The translations under genes and the position numbers were made by a program. From positions 4,224,001 through 4,288,000 of the forward strand of contig CBDETK010000013.1 in NCBI GenBank assembly GCA_965242865.1: a DNA stretch of 64,000 nt, in the 5' to 3' direction. The DNA is from Candidatus Latescibacterota bacterium (lineage in GTDB: Bacteria; Latescibacterota; UBA2968; UBA8231). Position 1 is the first letter of the stretch, and each line of letters opens with the position of its first letter. Of this stretch, positions 1 to 10,797 are shown piece by piece. The notes beneath the pieces are model-generated. The model was not told the DNA's origin, did no database searches, and saw only the letters and a program-made list of their open reading frames with translations.

Positions 1-71
1 TGAAATACCCGCTGAGCGCCAGCACGACAGCCTCCTTTTTGATCGCTATAACGAAACCGAGGAAGACGACA

Positions 72-1161
72 ATGGCCACGATTGAGGAACAGTTGGCGAG
101 CGGGCGGCAGCAACTAGAGCGGTTGCGAGGGTATCTTTGACATAAGCGGCAAAAAGGAAGAGCTCGCCGCGCTAGAAAAGCGCATGGCGGGCGCGGACTT
201 TTGGAACGACCGGCGGCAGGCCGAATCCGTCGGCAAGGCGGCGCGCCTCCTCAAGGACACCATCGCGGATTGGGAGACCTTGAACGCGCAGTTGGAGGAC
301 CTAGACCAACTGCATCAGATGGCGGCCGAAGAGGGCGATGCCGAGGCGCGGACCGAGATCGAGGCCGAGGTCGAGGGCGTCATGCAGGGCATTGGCAAAT
401 TGGAGTTCTGCACGATGCTCAACGACGAGGACGACCCCAAGAACGCGATTCTCGTCATTCACTCGGGGGCCGGGGGCACGGACGCGGCCGAATGGGCGTC
501 GATGTTGATGCGCTTGTACATGCGCTGGACCGAGCGCCACGGCATGGAGTGCGCGGTCGTAGAGCTGCAGCCGGCCGAGGAAGCGGGCATCAAGGGCGCG
601 ACCATTGAGATTAAAGGGGATTATGCTTATGGCCACCTCAAGGCCGAGGCCGGCGTCCATCGCTTGGTGCGGCTCTCGCCGTTTGACACCAGTCGCCGCC
701 GGCACACTTCGTTTGCTTCGGTGTTTGTCTATCCAGAGGTCGAAGACGATATCGAGGTGGAGCTCAACGACGAGGACGTCAAGATCGAAACGTACCGCTC
801 CGGGGGTGCGGGGGGCCAACACGTGAACAAAACCGCCTCGGCCGTGCGGGTCACGCATCGGCCCACCGGCATTGTCGTCCAGTGCCAAAACGAGCGCTCG
901 CAGTTCAAGAACAAAGCCACTGCGTTTAAGGTGCTGAAGTCGCGCCTGTACCAGCACTTCAAAAACGAACAGAAGCAAAAGCAGCTCGCGGTGGAGAGCA
1001 CCAAAAAGCGCATTGACTTTGGCTCGCAGATCCGCTCCTACGTGTTCCATCCGTACACCATCGTCAAGGACCACCGCACCGCTTGCGAAACGGCCAATGC
1101 CCAAGCGGTAATGGACGGCGACATCGACCGATTCATTCGGGCCTATTTGACCGAGGGATAA
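72..1161 (+). CDS. prfB: Peptide chain release factor 2, translated through a programmed +1 frameshift
   Basis: ATG at 72 reads 22 codons to CTT-TGA-C (135-141). The +1 frame (GAC at 139) joins ORF 184..1161, which has the SPF tripeptide (RLSPFD) and GGQ motif (GAGGQHVN). Confidence 0.97.
128..141 (+). promoter_or_regulatory. RF2 autoregulatory +1 frameshift cassette (internal SD-like AGGG, TAT spacer, CTT TGA C)
   Basis: AGGGTATCTTTGAC matches the canonical prfB shift site, and the frame arithmetic is consistent. Confidence 0.95.
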
Positions 1162-1163
1162 CC

Positions 1164-2429
1164 GTGAGCATTGCCTTGTTTGTCGCCGGCCGCTACCTGC
1201 GCTCCAAGCAGCGCGAGGGATTCTTCTCGGTTATCGCGTACATGGCCGTCGGTGGGGTTATTTTGGGAGTAGCGGCTTTGGTGATCATCCTCTCGGTGAC
1301 CAATGGGTTTGCCGGCGAAGTCAAAAATCGCCTGATCGGCATGAACGCCCATGTCAACGTGCGCCGCTTTGACGGCGGCCCCATCGCCGGCTGGAACGCG
1401 CTGCTCCAGCAGGTGACCGGGGCGGTCGGGGTCGTGGGCGCGGCCCCGGTCGTGGACGCCAAGGTCATTATTGCCTCCCAGCTCGACTTGGGCCGGGTCG
1501 ATGGCATTCCCGTGTGGGGCATTGATCCGGCGACTTTTCCCGCTGTCTCCGACCTGACCGAACACCTGCGCTACGCCGATCCCAAAGGGCAGCTGCGCCT
1601 CGGGTTGCTCGCCGAGCTCGACAAGCGGGGGATTGTCCTCGGCGAGTACTTGGCGCGGCGCTTGCACGTGGGGCCGGGGTCTGAGGTGCTGCTGATGACG
1701 GTGCAAAATCTCGACGTAGAAGCCGCTGTGATGGACGGCTTCGCGCCGCGTCCTTGGTCCTTTTTCGTGACCGATCACTTTGAAAGCGGCATGTACCAGT
1801 ACGACGACAACTATGCTTTTATTTTGTTAGAGGACGCCCAGCGTATGCTCGAATTGGGCGATGCGATTACCGACATTCACATCCGCGTCCAAGACATCTA
1901 CCAAGCACCTGAGATCCGCGCCCTCCTAGCCGAGGAGTTGGGCTATCCCTACCAAGTGCGCGATTGGACCCAGCTTTTTCCCGAGTTCTTCCGCTGGATT
2001 GAGTTGGAAAAATGGGCGATCTTCCTCGCGCTGAGCCTCATCGTGCTGGTCGCGGCCTTTAACATCATGTCGATCTTGGTCATGTCGGTGCTGATCAAGA
2101 CGCCCGAGATCGGCATCTTGCGGACGATAGGTTGCACCGTGGGCGAGATTTATCGCATTTTTATTTATCAGGGCTTGGTCATTGGCGGCATCGGCACTGT
2201 ATTGGGCTGCTTGATCGGCTTCGCGCTCTGCTGGGCCCAACAGCACTTTGCCCTGATTTCCATTCCCGGGGACATGTACTTCATCAGCTCGTTGCCCGTG
2301 GACATGGACGTTGTGGATTTCGCACTGGTGGCGGCAATCAGCATGGTCATCTGCTTGGCGACGTCGATTTATCCAGCGCGCAAGGCCGCTGGGTTAATGC
2401 CCGTAGAAGCTATTCGATATATAATGTAA
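1164..2429 (+). CDS. lolC: Lipoprotein-releasing ABC transporter permease (LolC/LolE family)
   Basis: GTG at 1164 just after the prfB stop. RYLRSK...GVILGVAALVIILSVTNGF N-terminus, MacB-like periplasmic domain, VAAFNI, EIGILRTIG and YPARKAA motifs. Confidence 0.9.
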   Translation: MSIALFVAGRYLRSKQREGFFSVIAYMAVGGVILGVAALVIILSVTNGFAGEVKNRLIGMNAHVNVRRFDGGPIAGWNALLQQVTGAVGVVGAAPVVDAKVIIASQLDLGRVDGIPVWGIDPATFPAVSDLTEHLRYADPKGQLRLGLLAELDKRGIVLGEYLARRLHVGPGSEVLLMTVQNLDVEAAVMDGFAPRPWSFFVTDHFESGMYQYDDNYAFILLEDAQRMLELGDAITDIHIRVQDIYQAPEIRALLAEELGYPYQVRDWTQLFPEFFRWIELEKWAIFLALSLIVLVAAFNIMSILVMSVLIKTPEIGILRTIGCTVGEIYRIFIYQGLVIGGIGTVLGCLIGFALCWAQQHFALISIPGDMYFISSLPVDMDVVDFALVAAISMVICLATSIYPARKAAGLMPVEAIRYIM

Positions 2430-3121
2430 TGGTACAAAAAGCCGACATCATCCTTGAAGCGTGCGGTTTGCGCAAGGTATTCAACACCGGCGGCGAGGGC
2501 TTGGAAGTGCTCAAGGGCGTGGACTTAGTGGTGCGGGCGGGCGAATTGGTCGCGGTGATGGGCGAGTCTGGAGTGGGCAAGAGCACCTTGCTGCACCTGT
2601 TGGGGACGCTCGACCTGCCGACGGCCGGCCAGTTGCGGATCGCGGGCACGGACGTGCTCAATCTCGGGGATCAGGCCCTGTCGCGCTTTCGCAATCGGCA
2701 CATTGGCTTTGTATTCCAATTTCACTACCTGCTGCCGGAATTTACCGCGTTGGAAAACGTCTTGCTGCCGGCGCGGGTCGCTGGCGTCGATCGCCGCCGG
2801 GAGGTCCTCGAGCTGATGGATTTCGTCGGCCTAGCAGACCGCTTGCACCACCGGCCCGGGGCGCTGTCCGGCGGCGAGTGCCAGCGGGTGGCCATGGTGC
2901 GAGCGCTGGCCACCCAGCCCTTGGTCGTGCTGGCCGACGAGCCATCGGGCAATCTCGACGAGCGGGCCAGCGAGTCATTGCACGAGCTGCTCGCCGAGTT
3001 GGCGCGGGAGCGCGGGCAGGCTTTTGTGGTGATGACGCACGACCGCAAATTGGCCCAGAGCATGGATCGCCGGGGGCGCATAGAAGCAGGTGTATTGTAC
3101 ATGGAAGGCGGCGCGCCATGA
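2429..3121 (+). CDS. lolD: Lipoprotein-releasing ABC transporter ATP-binding protein
   Basis: ATG overlaps the lolC stop (TAATG). Walker A GESGVGKST, GFVFQFHYLLPEFTALENV LolD motif, LSGGE signature, ADEPSGNLD. Confidence 0.92.
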   Translation: MVQKADIILEACGLRKVFNTGGEGLEVLKGVDLVVRAGELVAVMGESGVGKSTLLHLLGTLDLPTAGQLRIAGTDVLNLGDQALSRFRNRHIGFVFQFHYLLPEFTALENVLLPARVAGVDRRREVLELMDFVGLADRLHHRPGALSGGECQRVAMVRALATQPLVVLADEPSGNLDERASESLHELLAELARERGQAFVVMTHDRKLAQSMDRRGRIEAGVLYMEGGAP

Positions 3122-3618
3122 AATGCGGAGTGTGCGCCCAGCGCGAAGCCGTAGTGGCCTATACTCATATCGTTGACGACGTCAAACAGACGCTCTTGCT
3201 CTGCCAAGAGTGCGCGGGCAAAAAAAATATCAAGGTGCAGGTGACCCCGGCGGTCCCGGTCAAAGAAGTGCCGGTGCTGGTGAAGGAGGTCAAGATAGAA
3301 TTGGCCAAGTTGGCCAGTGCCGAAGGCGACGGGGGAGCGCGCTGTCCAACGTGTGCGATGAGCTACGAGGAGTTCAAGAAAATTGGGCGTCTCGGTTGCT
3401 CGCATTGCTACGAAGCCTTCGCCCCCCAGCTAGCGCGCCTGCTCAAGCGGATTCACGGCGACGACAAGCACCGGGGCAAGGGGCCGATGGAAGTGGCCCA
3501 ACGCGCGGCCGACGAACTGGAGCACTTGCGCGAAAAGCTGACCCAAGCCGTAGCAGAGGAAGCCTTTGAAAAGGCCGCTCAACTCAGGGACCGCATCCGC
3601 GTCCTCGAGGGAAAATAG
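3118..3618 (+). CDS. mcsA: McsA, Zn-finger and UvrB/C-motif activator of McsB
   Basis: ATGA overlap with lolD. Four CxxC motifs (CGVC, CQEC, CPTC, CSHC), GRLGCxxCY, HxGKxP and a C-terminal EAFEKAAQLRD UVR motif. Confidence 0.92.
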   Translation: MKCGVCAQREAVVAYTHIVDDVKQTLLLCQECAGKKNIKVQVTPAVPVKEVPVLVKEVKIELAKLASAEGDGGARCPTCAMSYEEFKKIGRLGCSHCYEAFAPQLARLLKRIHGDDKHRGKGPMEVAQRAADELEHLREKLTQAVAEEAFEKAAQLRDRIRVLEGK

Positions 3619-3620
3619 CT

Positions 3621-4685
3621 GTGAACATCGAGGAGCTCGTTTACAATGCGGCTAGCTGGCTCAGCGGCGAAGGGGATGCCGACGGCATGGTCGTTAGCTG
3701 TCGCGCCCGCCTCGCCCGCAACCTCGCCGCGTGGCCGTTCGCGCCCAAGACCACGCTCGAAGACCAAAAGAAAATCATTGAACAGGTCCTGAGTGCCTCC
3801 CAAAAGTGCCGCCAGATGCGCGATGCGTCCTTTTTCCAAATGAACGCCCTGCCGGCCAACCAGCGTCAGTTGCTGGTGGAGCGCCACCTGATCAGTCCGG
3901 CGCTGGCCAAGAGCAAGGGCCAGCGCGGCGTCCTGTTCAATGCCGATGAATCGCTCAGCGTGATGATCAACGAGGAGGACCACCTCCGCTTGCAGGCCAT
4001 CTTGCCGGGTTTGCAAACGCATGCGGCGTGGCAGCGGGTCGATGCGCTTGACGACGCGCTTAGGAGCGAGTTGGAGTGGGCGCAATCCGAGCACTGGGGC
4101 TTTTTGACGGCCTGCCCGACCAATACGGGGACGGGCTTGCGCCTATCGGTGCTCATCCACCTGCCGGCTTTAGTCCTAACCGAGGATATGGAGCGGGTGA
4201 TGCGCGGCTTGACCCGGATGACTTTTGCGGTGCGCGGTTTCTACGGGGAAGGCACCAATGCGGTCGGCAACCTATTTCAGATATCCAACCAAGTCACCTT
4301 GGGCGTCCCCGAAGGGGAGATCGTCGAGAAGCTCTCGGCGGTGACCCAACAGATCATGGGCCACGAACGGGAGGCGCAGGCCGCCCTGCTGGCCGACGCA
4401 TCGGCGCAAGTGGAGGACAAGGTTTGGCGAGCTTATGGGATCTTGCGACATGCGCGCGTATTGAGTGGTCAGGAGTTTATGAATTTGCTCTCGGCCGTGC
4501 GTTTGGGGTGTAGTTTGGGGCTGATCGATGGCTTGCCGCTTGGCTTTATCAACCAGTTAATGATCATTACCCAGCCCTCGCATTTGCAGGCCGAGTCCCG
4601 CACGGATCTCTCGCCGGCCGACCGCGATGTGCGCCGCGCCGAACGGGTGAGGCGGTGCTGGGCCGAACAGGGGCGTTCACCTTGA
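3621..4685 (+). CDS. mcsB: Protein-arginine kinase McsB
   Basis: RARLARN, LVERHLIS, INEEDHLR, LTACPTNTGTGLR and FQISNQVTLG phosphagen-kinase motifs; sits between mcsA and clpC. Confidence 0.95.
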   Translation: MNIEELVYNAASWLSGEGDADGMVVSCRARLARNLAAWPFAPKTTLEDQKKIIEQVLSASQKCRQMRDASFFQMNALPANQRQLLVERHLISPALAKSKGQRGVLFNADESLSVMINEEDHLRLQAILPGLQTHAAWQRVDALDDALRSELEWAQSEHWGFLTACPTNTGTGLRLSVLIHLPALVLTEDMERVMRGLTRMTFAVRGFYGEGTNAVGNLFQISNQVTLGVPEGEIVEKLSAVTQQIMGHEREAQAALLADASAQVEDKVWRAYGILRHARVLSGQEFMNLLSAVRLGCSLGLIDGLPLGFINQLMIITQPSHLQAESRTDLSPADRDVRRAERVRRCWAEQGRSP

Positions 4686-4710
4686 CAACAATTTGCTCGT
4701 TTGATAGGTT
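4682..4710 (+). promoter_or_regulatory. Putative sigma70 promoter for clpC-bamA
   Basis: TTGACA (4682-4687), 17 bp spacer, TAGGTT (4705-4710), in an AT-rich intergenic region. Confidence 0.55.
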
Positions 4711-4819
4711 CAAAATCGAAAGTGAGCTAGCAAGTATAGTGCTCGATTCAATGCACGCTCCCCGAATTGTCGAGAATCAACCTTCCCTACTACACAGGCG
4801 GATTGTGGAGGACTTTTAG

Positions 4820-7282
4820 ATGAACAACATGTTCACCGAAAATGTAAAACAGGTAATGAAGCTAGCACGCGAGGAGTCTGCGCGCTTGGGGCACAACTAC
4901 ATTGGCACTGAGCATCTGCTGTTGGGCATTATCAAGGACGGCAAGGGCAAGGCCGTAGCCGTGCTGACGAACTTGGGGTTGAGCTTGGAGACGGTCAAGC
5001 AATCGGTGGAGGATTACGTGACCACCTCGGGCGGCACCATGACCATTGGCGAAGTGCCCTATACTCCGCGTGCCAAACAGATCCTCGAAGTAGCGGCCAA
5101 CGAGGCCAAGGAGATGAAGACGCAGTTCATCGACGTCGAACACCTGCTCTTGGCCCTCCTCAAGGACAAGGAGGGGGTGGCCGCGCAGATTTTGGCCGCT
5201 TTTGGCGTCGATTACAAAACGGCCATGGAAGAGACCTTGGCCGTGCTCGAAGGCAAGACCACCGGCCGCAAAGAAAAGGGCAAGAAGAGCAAGACGCCTT
5301 TCCTCGATCACTTTGGCCGCGACCTGACCGAGTTGGCACGCGAGGGCAAGCTCGATCCGGTGATTGGCCGCCAGAAGGAGATCGAGCGCGTCACGCAAGT
5401 GCTGAGTCGCCGCAAGAAGAACAATCCCATTCTCATCGGCGACCCAGGGGTCGGCAAGACCGCCATTGTCGAAGGGCTGGCCCAGCGCATCATTGAAAAG
5501 CGCGTGCCCCAGATCCTCCTCGACAAGCGCTTGGTCACCCTCGACATGGGCGGCGTGGTCGCCGGCACCAAGTACCGGGGCCAGTTTGAAGAGCGCATTA
5601 AGGCGGTGATGAACGAGCTCCAGCAAAACTCCGAAGTCATCATTTTCATTGACGAGCTGCACACCATTGTTGGCGCGGGCAGCGCCGAGGGCACGTTGGA
5701 CGCTTCCAACATGTTCAAGCCGGCTTTGGCGCGCGGCGAATTGCAGTGCATTGGGGCGACCACCCTCGACGAGTACCGCAAGCACATCGAAAAGGACGGA
5801 GCTCTTGAACGGCGTTTTCAGAGCATCATGGTTGATCCGCCCTCGGTTGAGGACACCATTGAGATCGTCAAGGGGTTGCGCTCCAGCTACGAGAGCCACC
5901 ATCACGTGGAGTTTGCCGATGATGTCGTCGCGTACGCCGTGCGCCAAGCCGACCGCTATATAAGCGACCGCTACCTGCCCGACAAAGCCATTGATGTGAT
6001 CGACGAGACAGGCTCGCGCGTCCACCTCGCTCGGCTCAGCCCGCCGGAAGAGATCGGCCGGATCGAAGCCGAGATCCAGGAGATAAACCGCCAAAAAAAC
6101 GAGGCGTCCGAGCGCCAAGATTTTGAGGACGCGGCCGTGTTGCGCGACAAGGCACTCCACTTGAACGAGCAGCTCCAAAGCAAACGCCAAGTGTGGGAGG
6201 AATCGGTCCGCGACGAAGTGGTTGAGGTGACCACCGACGACATTGCTGAAGTCATCGCGGGTATGACCGGCATCCCAATCTCGCGGCTGGCCAAGACCGA
6301 GACCGAGCGTCTGCTGGCCATGGAAGAGGCCCTCACCAAGAACATCGTCGGTCAGCAGCAGGCGGTCGCGGCGGTTGCGCGGGCCATCCGACGCAGTCGG
6401 GCGGGCCTACAGGATCCCAAGCGGCCCATTGGCTCGTTTATCTTTCTCGGCCCGACCGGGGTGGGCAAGACCGAGTTGGCCAAGCGGCTAGCCGAATTTC
6501 TCTTTGACGACGCGGATGCGTTGATTTCGGTTGACATGTCCGAGTACATGGAGAAATTCGCGGTGTCGCGCCTGATTGGCGCCCCTCCGGGCTACGTGGG
6601 TTTTGACGAGGGAGGGCAGCTCACCGAGCGCGTGCGCCGCCGCCCCTATTCAGTGGTGCTGCTAGACGAAGTAGAGAAAGCCCATCCCGATGTCTTTAAC
6701 ATCCTGTTGCAGATTTTCGACGAGGGACGCCTCACCGATAGCACGGGCCGCAAGGTAGATTTCTGCAACACCGTGCTGATTATGACGTCTAACGCCGGGA
6801 GTCGGGATGTGGGTACGGGCGGTGTGTTGGGCTTTCAAAAGTCCGATTCCGACTCGCGGTACGCGCTGATGGAGGGCAAGATCAACGACGCCCTGAAAAA
6901 GACCTTCAATCCCGAATTCCTCAATCGCATTGATGACACCATCATTTTTCACGCGCTCGACAAAGAGCACATCGCCGCCATCATAGACATTCGCTTGGAG
7001 GAATTCAAGGCGCGGTTGGCTTTACAGGACATCCAAGTGCGCGTTACGCCCGGCGCCAAAACGCTGCTCGCCGACAAGGGGTTTGATCAGGCGTATGGTG
7101 CGCGCTACTTGGAGCGGACCATCCAGAAGATGCTCGAAGATCCGCTGGCCGAGGAGATGCTCCAAGGCCGCTTTGGCGAGGGCAGTCGCATTCGCGTCAC
7201 TAAAAAAGGCGAGGAACTAGTGTTCGACGAGGAGCGTCGAGTGGGCGGAGGGGTAAAGAAGAAGCGCGCCACCACGAGCTAA
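4820..7282 (+). CDS. clpC: ATP-dependent Clp protease ATP-binding subunit ClpC
   Basis: Double Clp-N repeat, two AAA+ domains ([16 protein letters not shown]), short UVR-type middle domain and a LGF ClpP-docking loop. Confidence 0.96.
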   Translation: MNNMFTENVKQVMKLAREESARLGHNYIGTEHLLLGIIKDGKGKAVAVLTNLGLSLETVKQSVEDYVTTSGGTMTIGEVPYTPRAKQILEVAANEAKEMKTQFIDVEHLLLALLKDKEGVAAQILAAFGVDYKTAMEETLAVLEGKTTGRKEKGKKSKTPFLDHFGRDLTELAREGKLDPVIGRQKEIERVTQVLSRRKKNNPILIGDPGVGKTAIVEGLAQRIIEKRVPQILLDKRLVTLDMGGVVAGTKYRGQFEERIKAVMNELQQNSEVIIFIDELHTIVGAGSAEGTLDASNMFKPALARGELQCIGATTLDEYRKHIEKDGALERRFQSIMVDPPSVEDTIEIVKGLRSSYESHHHVEFADDVVAYAVRQADRYISDRYLPDKAIDVIDETGSRVHLARLSPPEEIGRIEAEIQEINRQKNEASERQDFEDAAVLRDKALHLNEQLQSKRQVWEESVRDEVVEVTTDDIAEVIAGMTGIPISRLAKTETERLLAMEEALTKNIVGQQQAVAAVARAIRRSRAGLQDPKRPIGSFIFLGPTGVGKTELAKRLAEFLFDDADALISVDMSEYMEKFAVSRLIGAPPGYVGFDEGGQLTERVRRRPYSVVLLDEVEKAHPDVFNILLQIFDEGRLTDSTGRKVDFCNTVLIMTSNAGSRDVGTGGVLGFQKSDSDSRYALMEGKINDALKKTFNPEFLNRIDDTIIFHALDKEHIAAIIDIRLEEFKARLALQDIQVRVTPGAKTLLADKGFDQAYGARYLERTIQKMLEDPLAEEMLQGRFGEGSRIRVTKKGEELVFDEERRVGGGVKKKRATTS

Positions 7283-7283
7283 T

Positions 7284-9668
7284 ATGAACAGTTTCCGCAC
7301 CATACTTTTTGCCGTCGTCTCTGTGGGGTTGATGGCGAGCGCGGCCGAGGCCCAGAAGGTGGTCTCGATTGACGTGCAGGGTGAGCTGCGCAAGGTGGCC
7401 AAGTCGCTGATCCTGACCACGGTGGGCTTGGAGCCTGGGGTCGAGTTGTCGCAAGAGAACGTGCAGCAGGCGGTGCGCGACCTCCAAGGGCTCAACGTCT
7501 TTGAGGATATCCAGATCTGGGGCGATCCCGGCCCCGAGGGCATCAACCTGATCATCATGGTTGAAGAGTACCCGGCCTTAGAGGGCTTGCAGTTCAAGGG
7601 GCATAAAAACCTCAAAGAGAAGGACTTTAAGGAAGCGCTGAGTTTGGTCACCGGTCAGGTTATCGCGCCGCGGGATGTGGTGCGGGGCGAGCAGAAAATC
7701 CTCGACCTGTATCGCGAGAAGGGCTATCTGCGCGCCGAAGTCAAAGGCCAGACCTTCGCCGGCGCGGAAGCGGGCGAAGTCTTCCTCCAGTACGACATCA
7801 ACGAGGGGTCCAAGGTGCAGATCAAGCAAATCCGCTTGGTCCAGCACCACGCCGACGGCACGGTGATCGACAGCCAACAGCTGCCGGCGCGCAGTCCCCG
7901 GCGTCCCCAAAAATGGGAGGGCCGAGGGCCAGAACCGCGCCGCTTGGTGTCGTTGATGGAGACCAAGGAGAAGCGCTGGTGGCGCAAGGGCGAGTTCAGC
8001 GGCGATGCGTACGAGGAGGACAAGCAAAAGCTGCTGGCGTACTATCGCAGTCTGGGGTTTCAGCAGGCCGCCATCGTGCGCGACAGCGTCTATTACGACT
8101 CGACGCGGCGGCACTTGTTCATCGACGTGGAAATTGACGAGGGGTTGCAGTACCGGTTGGGGCAAGTCGCTTGGGAAGGCAACGCGCTCTTTGGTGCCGA
8201 CGAATTGGTGGAGAAGCTGGACCTGCAAGAGGGGATGGTATATGGGCGGGCGGGCCCCGAGCTCGCGGACTTGGTGCGCTTTGTCTATTACGAGAAGGGC
8301 TACTTGGATACGCGCGTGGTGCCGCAGGAGACCATTCGCAACGACTCGATTGACGTGTCGTTTCAGGTGTTTGAAGGCCAACCGTGGACGATTCGCAAGG
8401 TCGCGATTGCCGGCAATACCAAGACGCGGGAGAAGGTGATTCGGCGCGAGATCGAATTGCGTCCGGGCGATATTTACCAGCAGAATCTCGTCCAAGAAAG
8501 TCAGCGGCGCATCGTTCTGTTGAACTTCTTCAAAGATGTGCAAATCCAGCCTCAATACAGCTCAGGCGAGGGGGAGCGGCTGGTAGATATGGTATTTAAC
8601 GTCGATGAGCGGCCAACCGGCTCCGCGTCTGTGGGGGCGGGATATTCAGACCGCGACAAGATGGTCGGCCAGATCGGGTTGCAGATTCCCAATTTCCGCG
8701 GGATGGGCCAGAGCCTCGACTTTAACTGGGAGTTCGGCACCCGGCGCGATCAGTTCCTAGTCGGTTTTACCGAGCCTTGGCTTTTTGACACCCCGACTAG
8801 TTTGTCGGCCCGCGCCTATACGCAAAACATCCAGTACTACGACTACCGGCAGGGCAATCGCAATTCGATTCTGTGGAAATCCAATCGCAAGTCGATCAAT
8901 GTGCGGGTGGGGCGGCGGCTGAAAAAGCCGGCCAATTCCAGCCTTTCGCTCGGCTATCGCCTTTATAGCCAAGGCTATTCGGACTTTGACAACGATACAT
9001 TTGCGCGTGATTCCCGCCGCTTTGAAGATCGGCTTACGAGCCGCTTTGAGTTGAGCTATACGCGCGATACGCGCGATCGGGCCGAGTTCCCGACCAAGGG
9101 CACGGTTTTTAGCTACACTCCATCGGTCGCCACCTCGATCGTGGCCGGCGATGTAGATTTCCACAACCACGAAGTGAATTTCAATTACTATCGGCCGAGT
9201 TGGTGGAAATTCGTCTGGAGCTTGGAGACCAAAGTCGCGGTGATAGATGGTTTCTCCAATTGGGACGACGACCACATTTCGTACTATGACCTGTTTACGC
9301 CGGGCGGTATTGATTACTGGGACGGACAGGTCCGGGGCTATCCCGACTACTCCTTGGGTCCGAAGAGGGACGACGGAATTTCCCTCGGCGGCCGCTCGAT
9401 GATGGTGCTGAACCTAGAGTACCGCTTTCCCATAGCCGAGCAGCAAGTGTACGGCATCCTCTTCGCCGATGCGGGCAACGCATGGAGGACGATTCCCGAT
9501 CTCAATCCCCTAGACCTCCGGCGCTCGCTGGGCTTTGGTTTTCGCGTCCAGACCCCGATGCTGGGGATGATCGGCTTTGACTTCGGCTATGGTTTTGACC
9601 GCAAGGAGGTCGATGGGGCACCGGCTGGCTGGAAGACGCACTTCCAGTTTGGGCCGCAGTTTTACTAG
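7284..9668 (+). CDS. bamA: Outer-membrane protein assembly factor BamA
   Basis: Signal peptide, POTRA repeats (GNTKTREKVIRRE), FTEPWLFD, VRGY loop-6 motif and a C-terminal HFQFG beta-strand. Confidence 0.95.
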   Translation: MNSFRTILFAVVSVGLMASAAEAQKVVSIDVQGELRKVAKSLILTTVGLEPGVELSQENVQQAVRDLQGLNVFEDIQIWGDPGPEGINLIIMVEEYPALEGLQFKGHKNLKEKDFKEALSLVTGQVIAPRDVVRGEQKILDLYREKGYLRAEVKGQTFAGAEAGEVFLQYDINEGSKVQIKQIRLVQHHADGTVIDSQQLPARSPRRPQKWEGRGPEPRRLVSLMETKEKRWWRKGEFSGDAYEEDKQKLLAYYRSLGFQQAAIVRDSVYYDSTRRHLFIDVEIDEGLQYRLGQVAWEGNALFGADELVEKLDLQEGMVYGRAGPELADLVRFVYYEKGYLDTRVVPQETIRNDSIDVSFQVFEGQPWTIRKVAIAGNTKTREKVIRREIELRPGDIYQQNLVQESQRRIVLLNFFKDVQIQPQYSSGEGERLVDMVFNVDERPTGSASVGAGYSDRDKMVGQIGLQIPNFRGMGQSLDFNWEFGTRRDQFLVGFTEPWLFDTPTSLSARAYTQNIQYYDYRQGNRNSILWKSNRKSINVRVGRRLKKPANSSLSLGYRLYSQGYSDFDNDTFARDSRRFEDRLTSRFELSYTRDTRDRAEFPTKGTVFSYTPSVATSIVAGDVDFHNHEVNFNYYRPSWWKFVWSLETKVAVIDGFSNWDDDHISYYDLFTPGGIDYWDGQVRGYPDYSLGPKRDDGISLGGRSMMVLNLEYRFPIAEQQVYGILFADAGNAWRTIPDLNPLDLRRSLGFGFRVQTPMLGMIGFDFGYGFDRKEVDGAPAGWKTHFQFGPQFY

Positions 9669-9695
9669 TCCCCGATTGCAGGGGCAAAAGACGGA

Positions 9696-9730
9696 GCCCA
9701 AGGTGTCCCCCGGCATCTTGGGCCTTCTTG
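9696..9730 (+). terminator. Stem-loop after bamA (possible terminator or processing site)
   Basis: GCCCAAGGTG...CATCTTGGGC inverted repeat followed by a weak pyrimidine tail. Confidence 0.4.
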
Positions 9731-9819
9731 TGTCCAGTTTCACAAATGTATGCCAAGTCGTATCTTATGAGTAAAGAAAACAGCGAGTTATACAGACTCA
9801 ATCATAAAGAGGAGTATCT

Positions 9820-10353
9820 ATGAGACGCGCCCTATTGTTCGCCTTCGTCGCGGCCTGTTGCGCCACGAGTGCCTCGGCTCAGCTAAAATTAGGCTATATC
9901 GATTCAGAAGTGCTCAAAGAGCGCCTGCCCGAATTCCGGGATGCGCAGCGCACGTTGGACCAGTTACGCCAAGACTACGAGAACCAAGCCAAGGACCGCG
10001 AGGCCAAGTTGCTCAAGTTTCAGGAGGACTTTCAGCGGCAGGAGCTGCTGATGAGCGAGGCCCGCAAGGCGGAAATGCAGGTCGAATTCGAGGCGAAAGT
10101 TCAGCAGTTGCAGCAGTTTACCCAAGAGAAATTTGGCCCCGAAGGCGAGTTGATGCGCAAGAACATCGAGCTTTCCGAGCCGATCTTCAAAAAAATCAAC
10201 GATGCCATTCAGGGCATGGCCGAGGAAGAGAACTACGACTTCATTTTCGACGCCGCGGCGCCGTCCAGCGGTTTGGTCTTTGCCAAGGAGCAGTACGATC
10301 TAACCGACCAGTTACTGGAACTGATGGAGAAGGAAAAGGAAGAGCAGGAGTGA
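9820..10353 (+). CDS. skp: Periplasmic chaperone Skp/OmpH
   Basis: Signal peptide, KLGYID N-terminal strand, coiled coil, YDFIFD and DLTDQLL C-terminus; follows bamA; SD GAGGAG. Confidence 0.92.
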   Translation: MRRALLFAFVAACCATSASAQLKLGYIDSEVLKERLPEFRDAQRTLDQLRQDYENQAKDREAKLLKFQEDFQRQELLMSEARKAEMQVEFEAKVQQLQQFTQEKFGPEGELMRKNIELSEPIFKKINDAIQGMAEEENYDFIFDAAAPSSGLVFAKEQYDLTDQLLELMEKEKEEQE

Positions 10354-10787
10354 ACTTAACGGAGATTCTCGAGCTGTTGCCGCACCGCTATCCGCTGCTG
10401 CTCATCGACCGCGTCCTCGAATTGGAGCCTGGGGAACGCATTGTGGCCTTGAAGAACGTGACGGCCAACGAATCGTTTTTCCAAGGGCATTTTCCCGGGT
10501 ATCCGGTCATGCCCGGCGTGCTGATCGTCGAGGCCTTGGCGCAAGCCGGTTGCGCCATGATGCTGCGCGGCGTAGAAAATCCTGAATCCAAGGTGCCCTT
10601 TTTCGCCGGAATAGATCGCTGCAGGTTCCGCCGCCCGGTCGTGCCGGGGGACCAGCTGCGACTGGAGCTAAAGGTGCTCAGGCAGCGGGGCGGCTCTTGC
10701 AAGCTGCATGGGCGAGCGCTGGTGGGCGAGGAAGTGGCGGCCGAAGCGGAGATTATGGCAGTATTGGGGGAGCGGGAAGGCCGGTGA
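10350..10787 (+). CDS. fabZ: 3-hydroxyacyl-ACP dehydratase
   Basis: GTGA overlap with skp. [12 protein letters not shown] and [20 protein letters not shown] motifs. Confidence 0.95.
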   Translation: MNLTEILELLPHRYPLLLIDRVLELEPGERIVALKNVTANESFFQGHFPGYPVMPGVLIVEALAQAGCAMMLRGVENPESKVPFFAGIDRCRFRRPVVPGDQLRLELKVLRQRGGSCKLHGRALVGEEVAAEAEIMAVLGEREGR

Positions 10788-10797
10788 GGGACGCCTG

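Noticed and set aside
4720-4750. Possible CIRCE or CtsR operator before clpC
   Set aside because: CTAGCAAGTATAGTGCTC only loosely resembles TTAGCACTC-N9-GAGTGCTAA and has the wrong spacing; no GTCAAA-type heptad repeats were seen.
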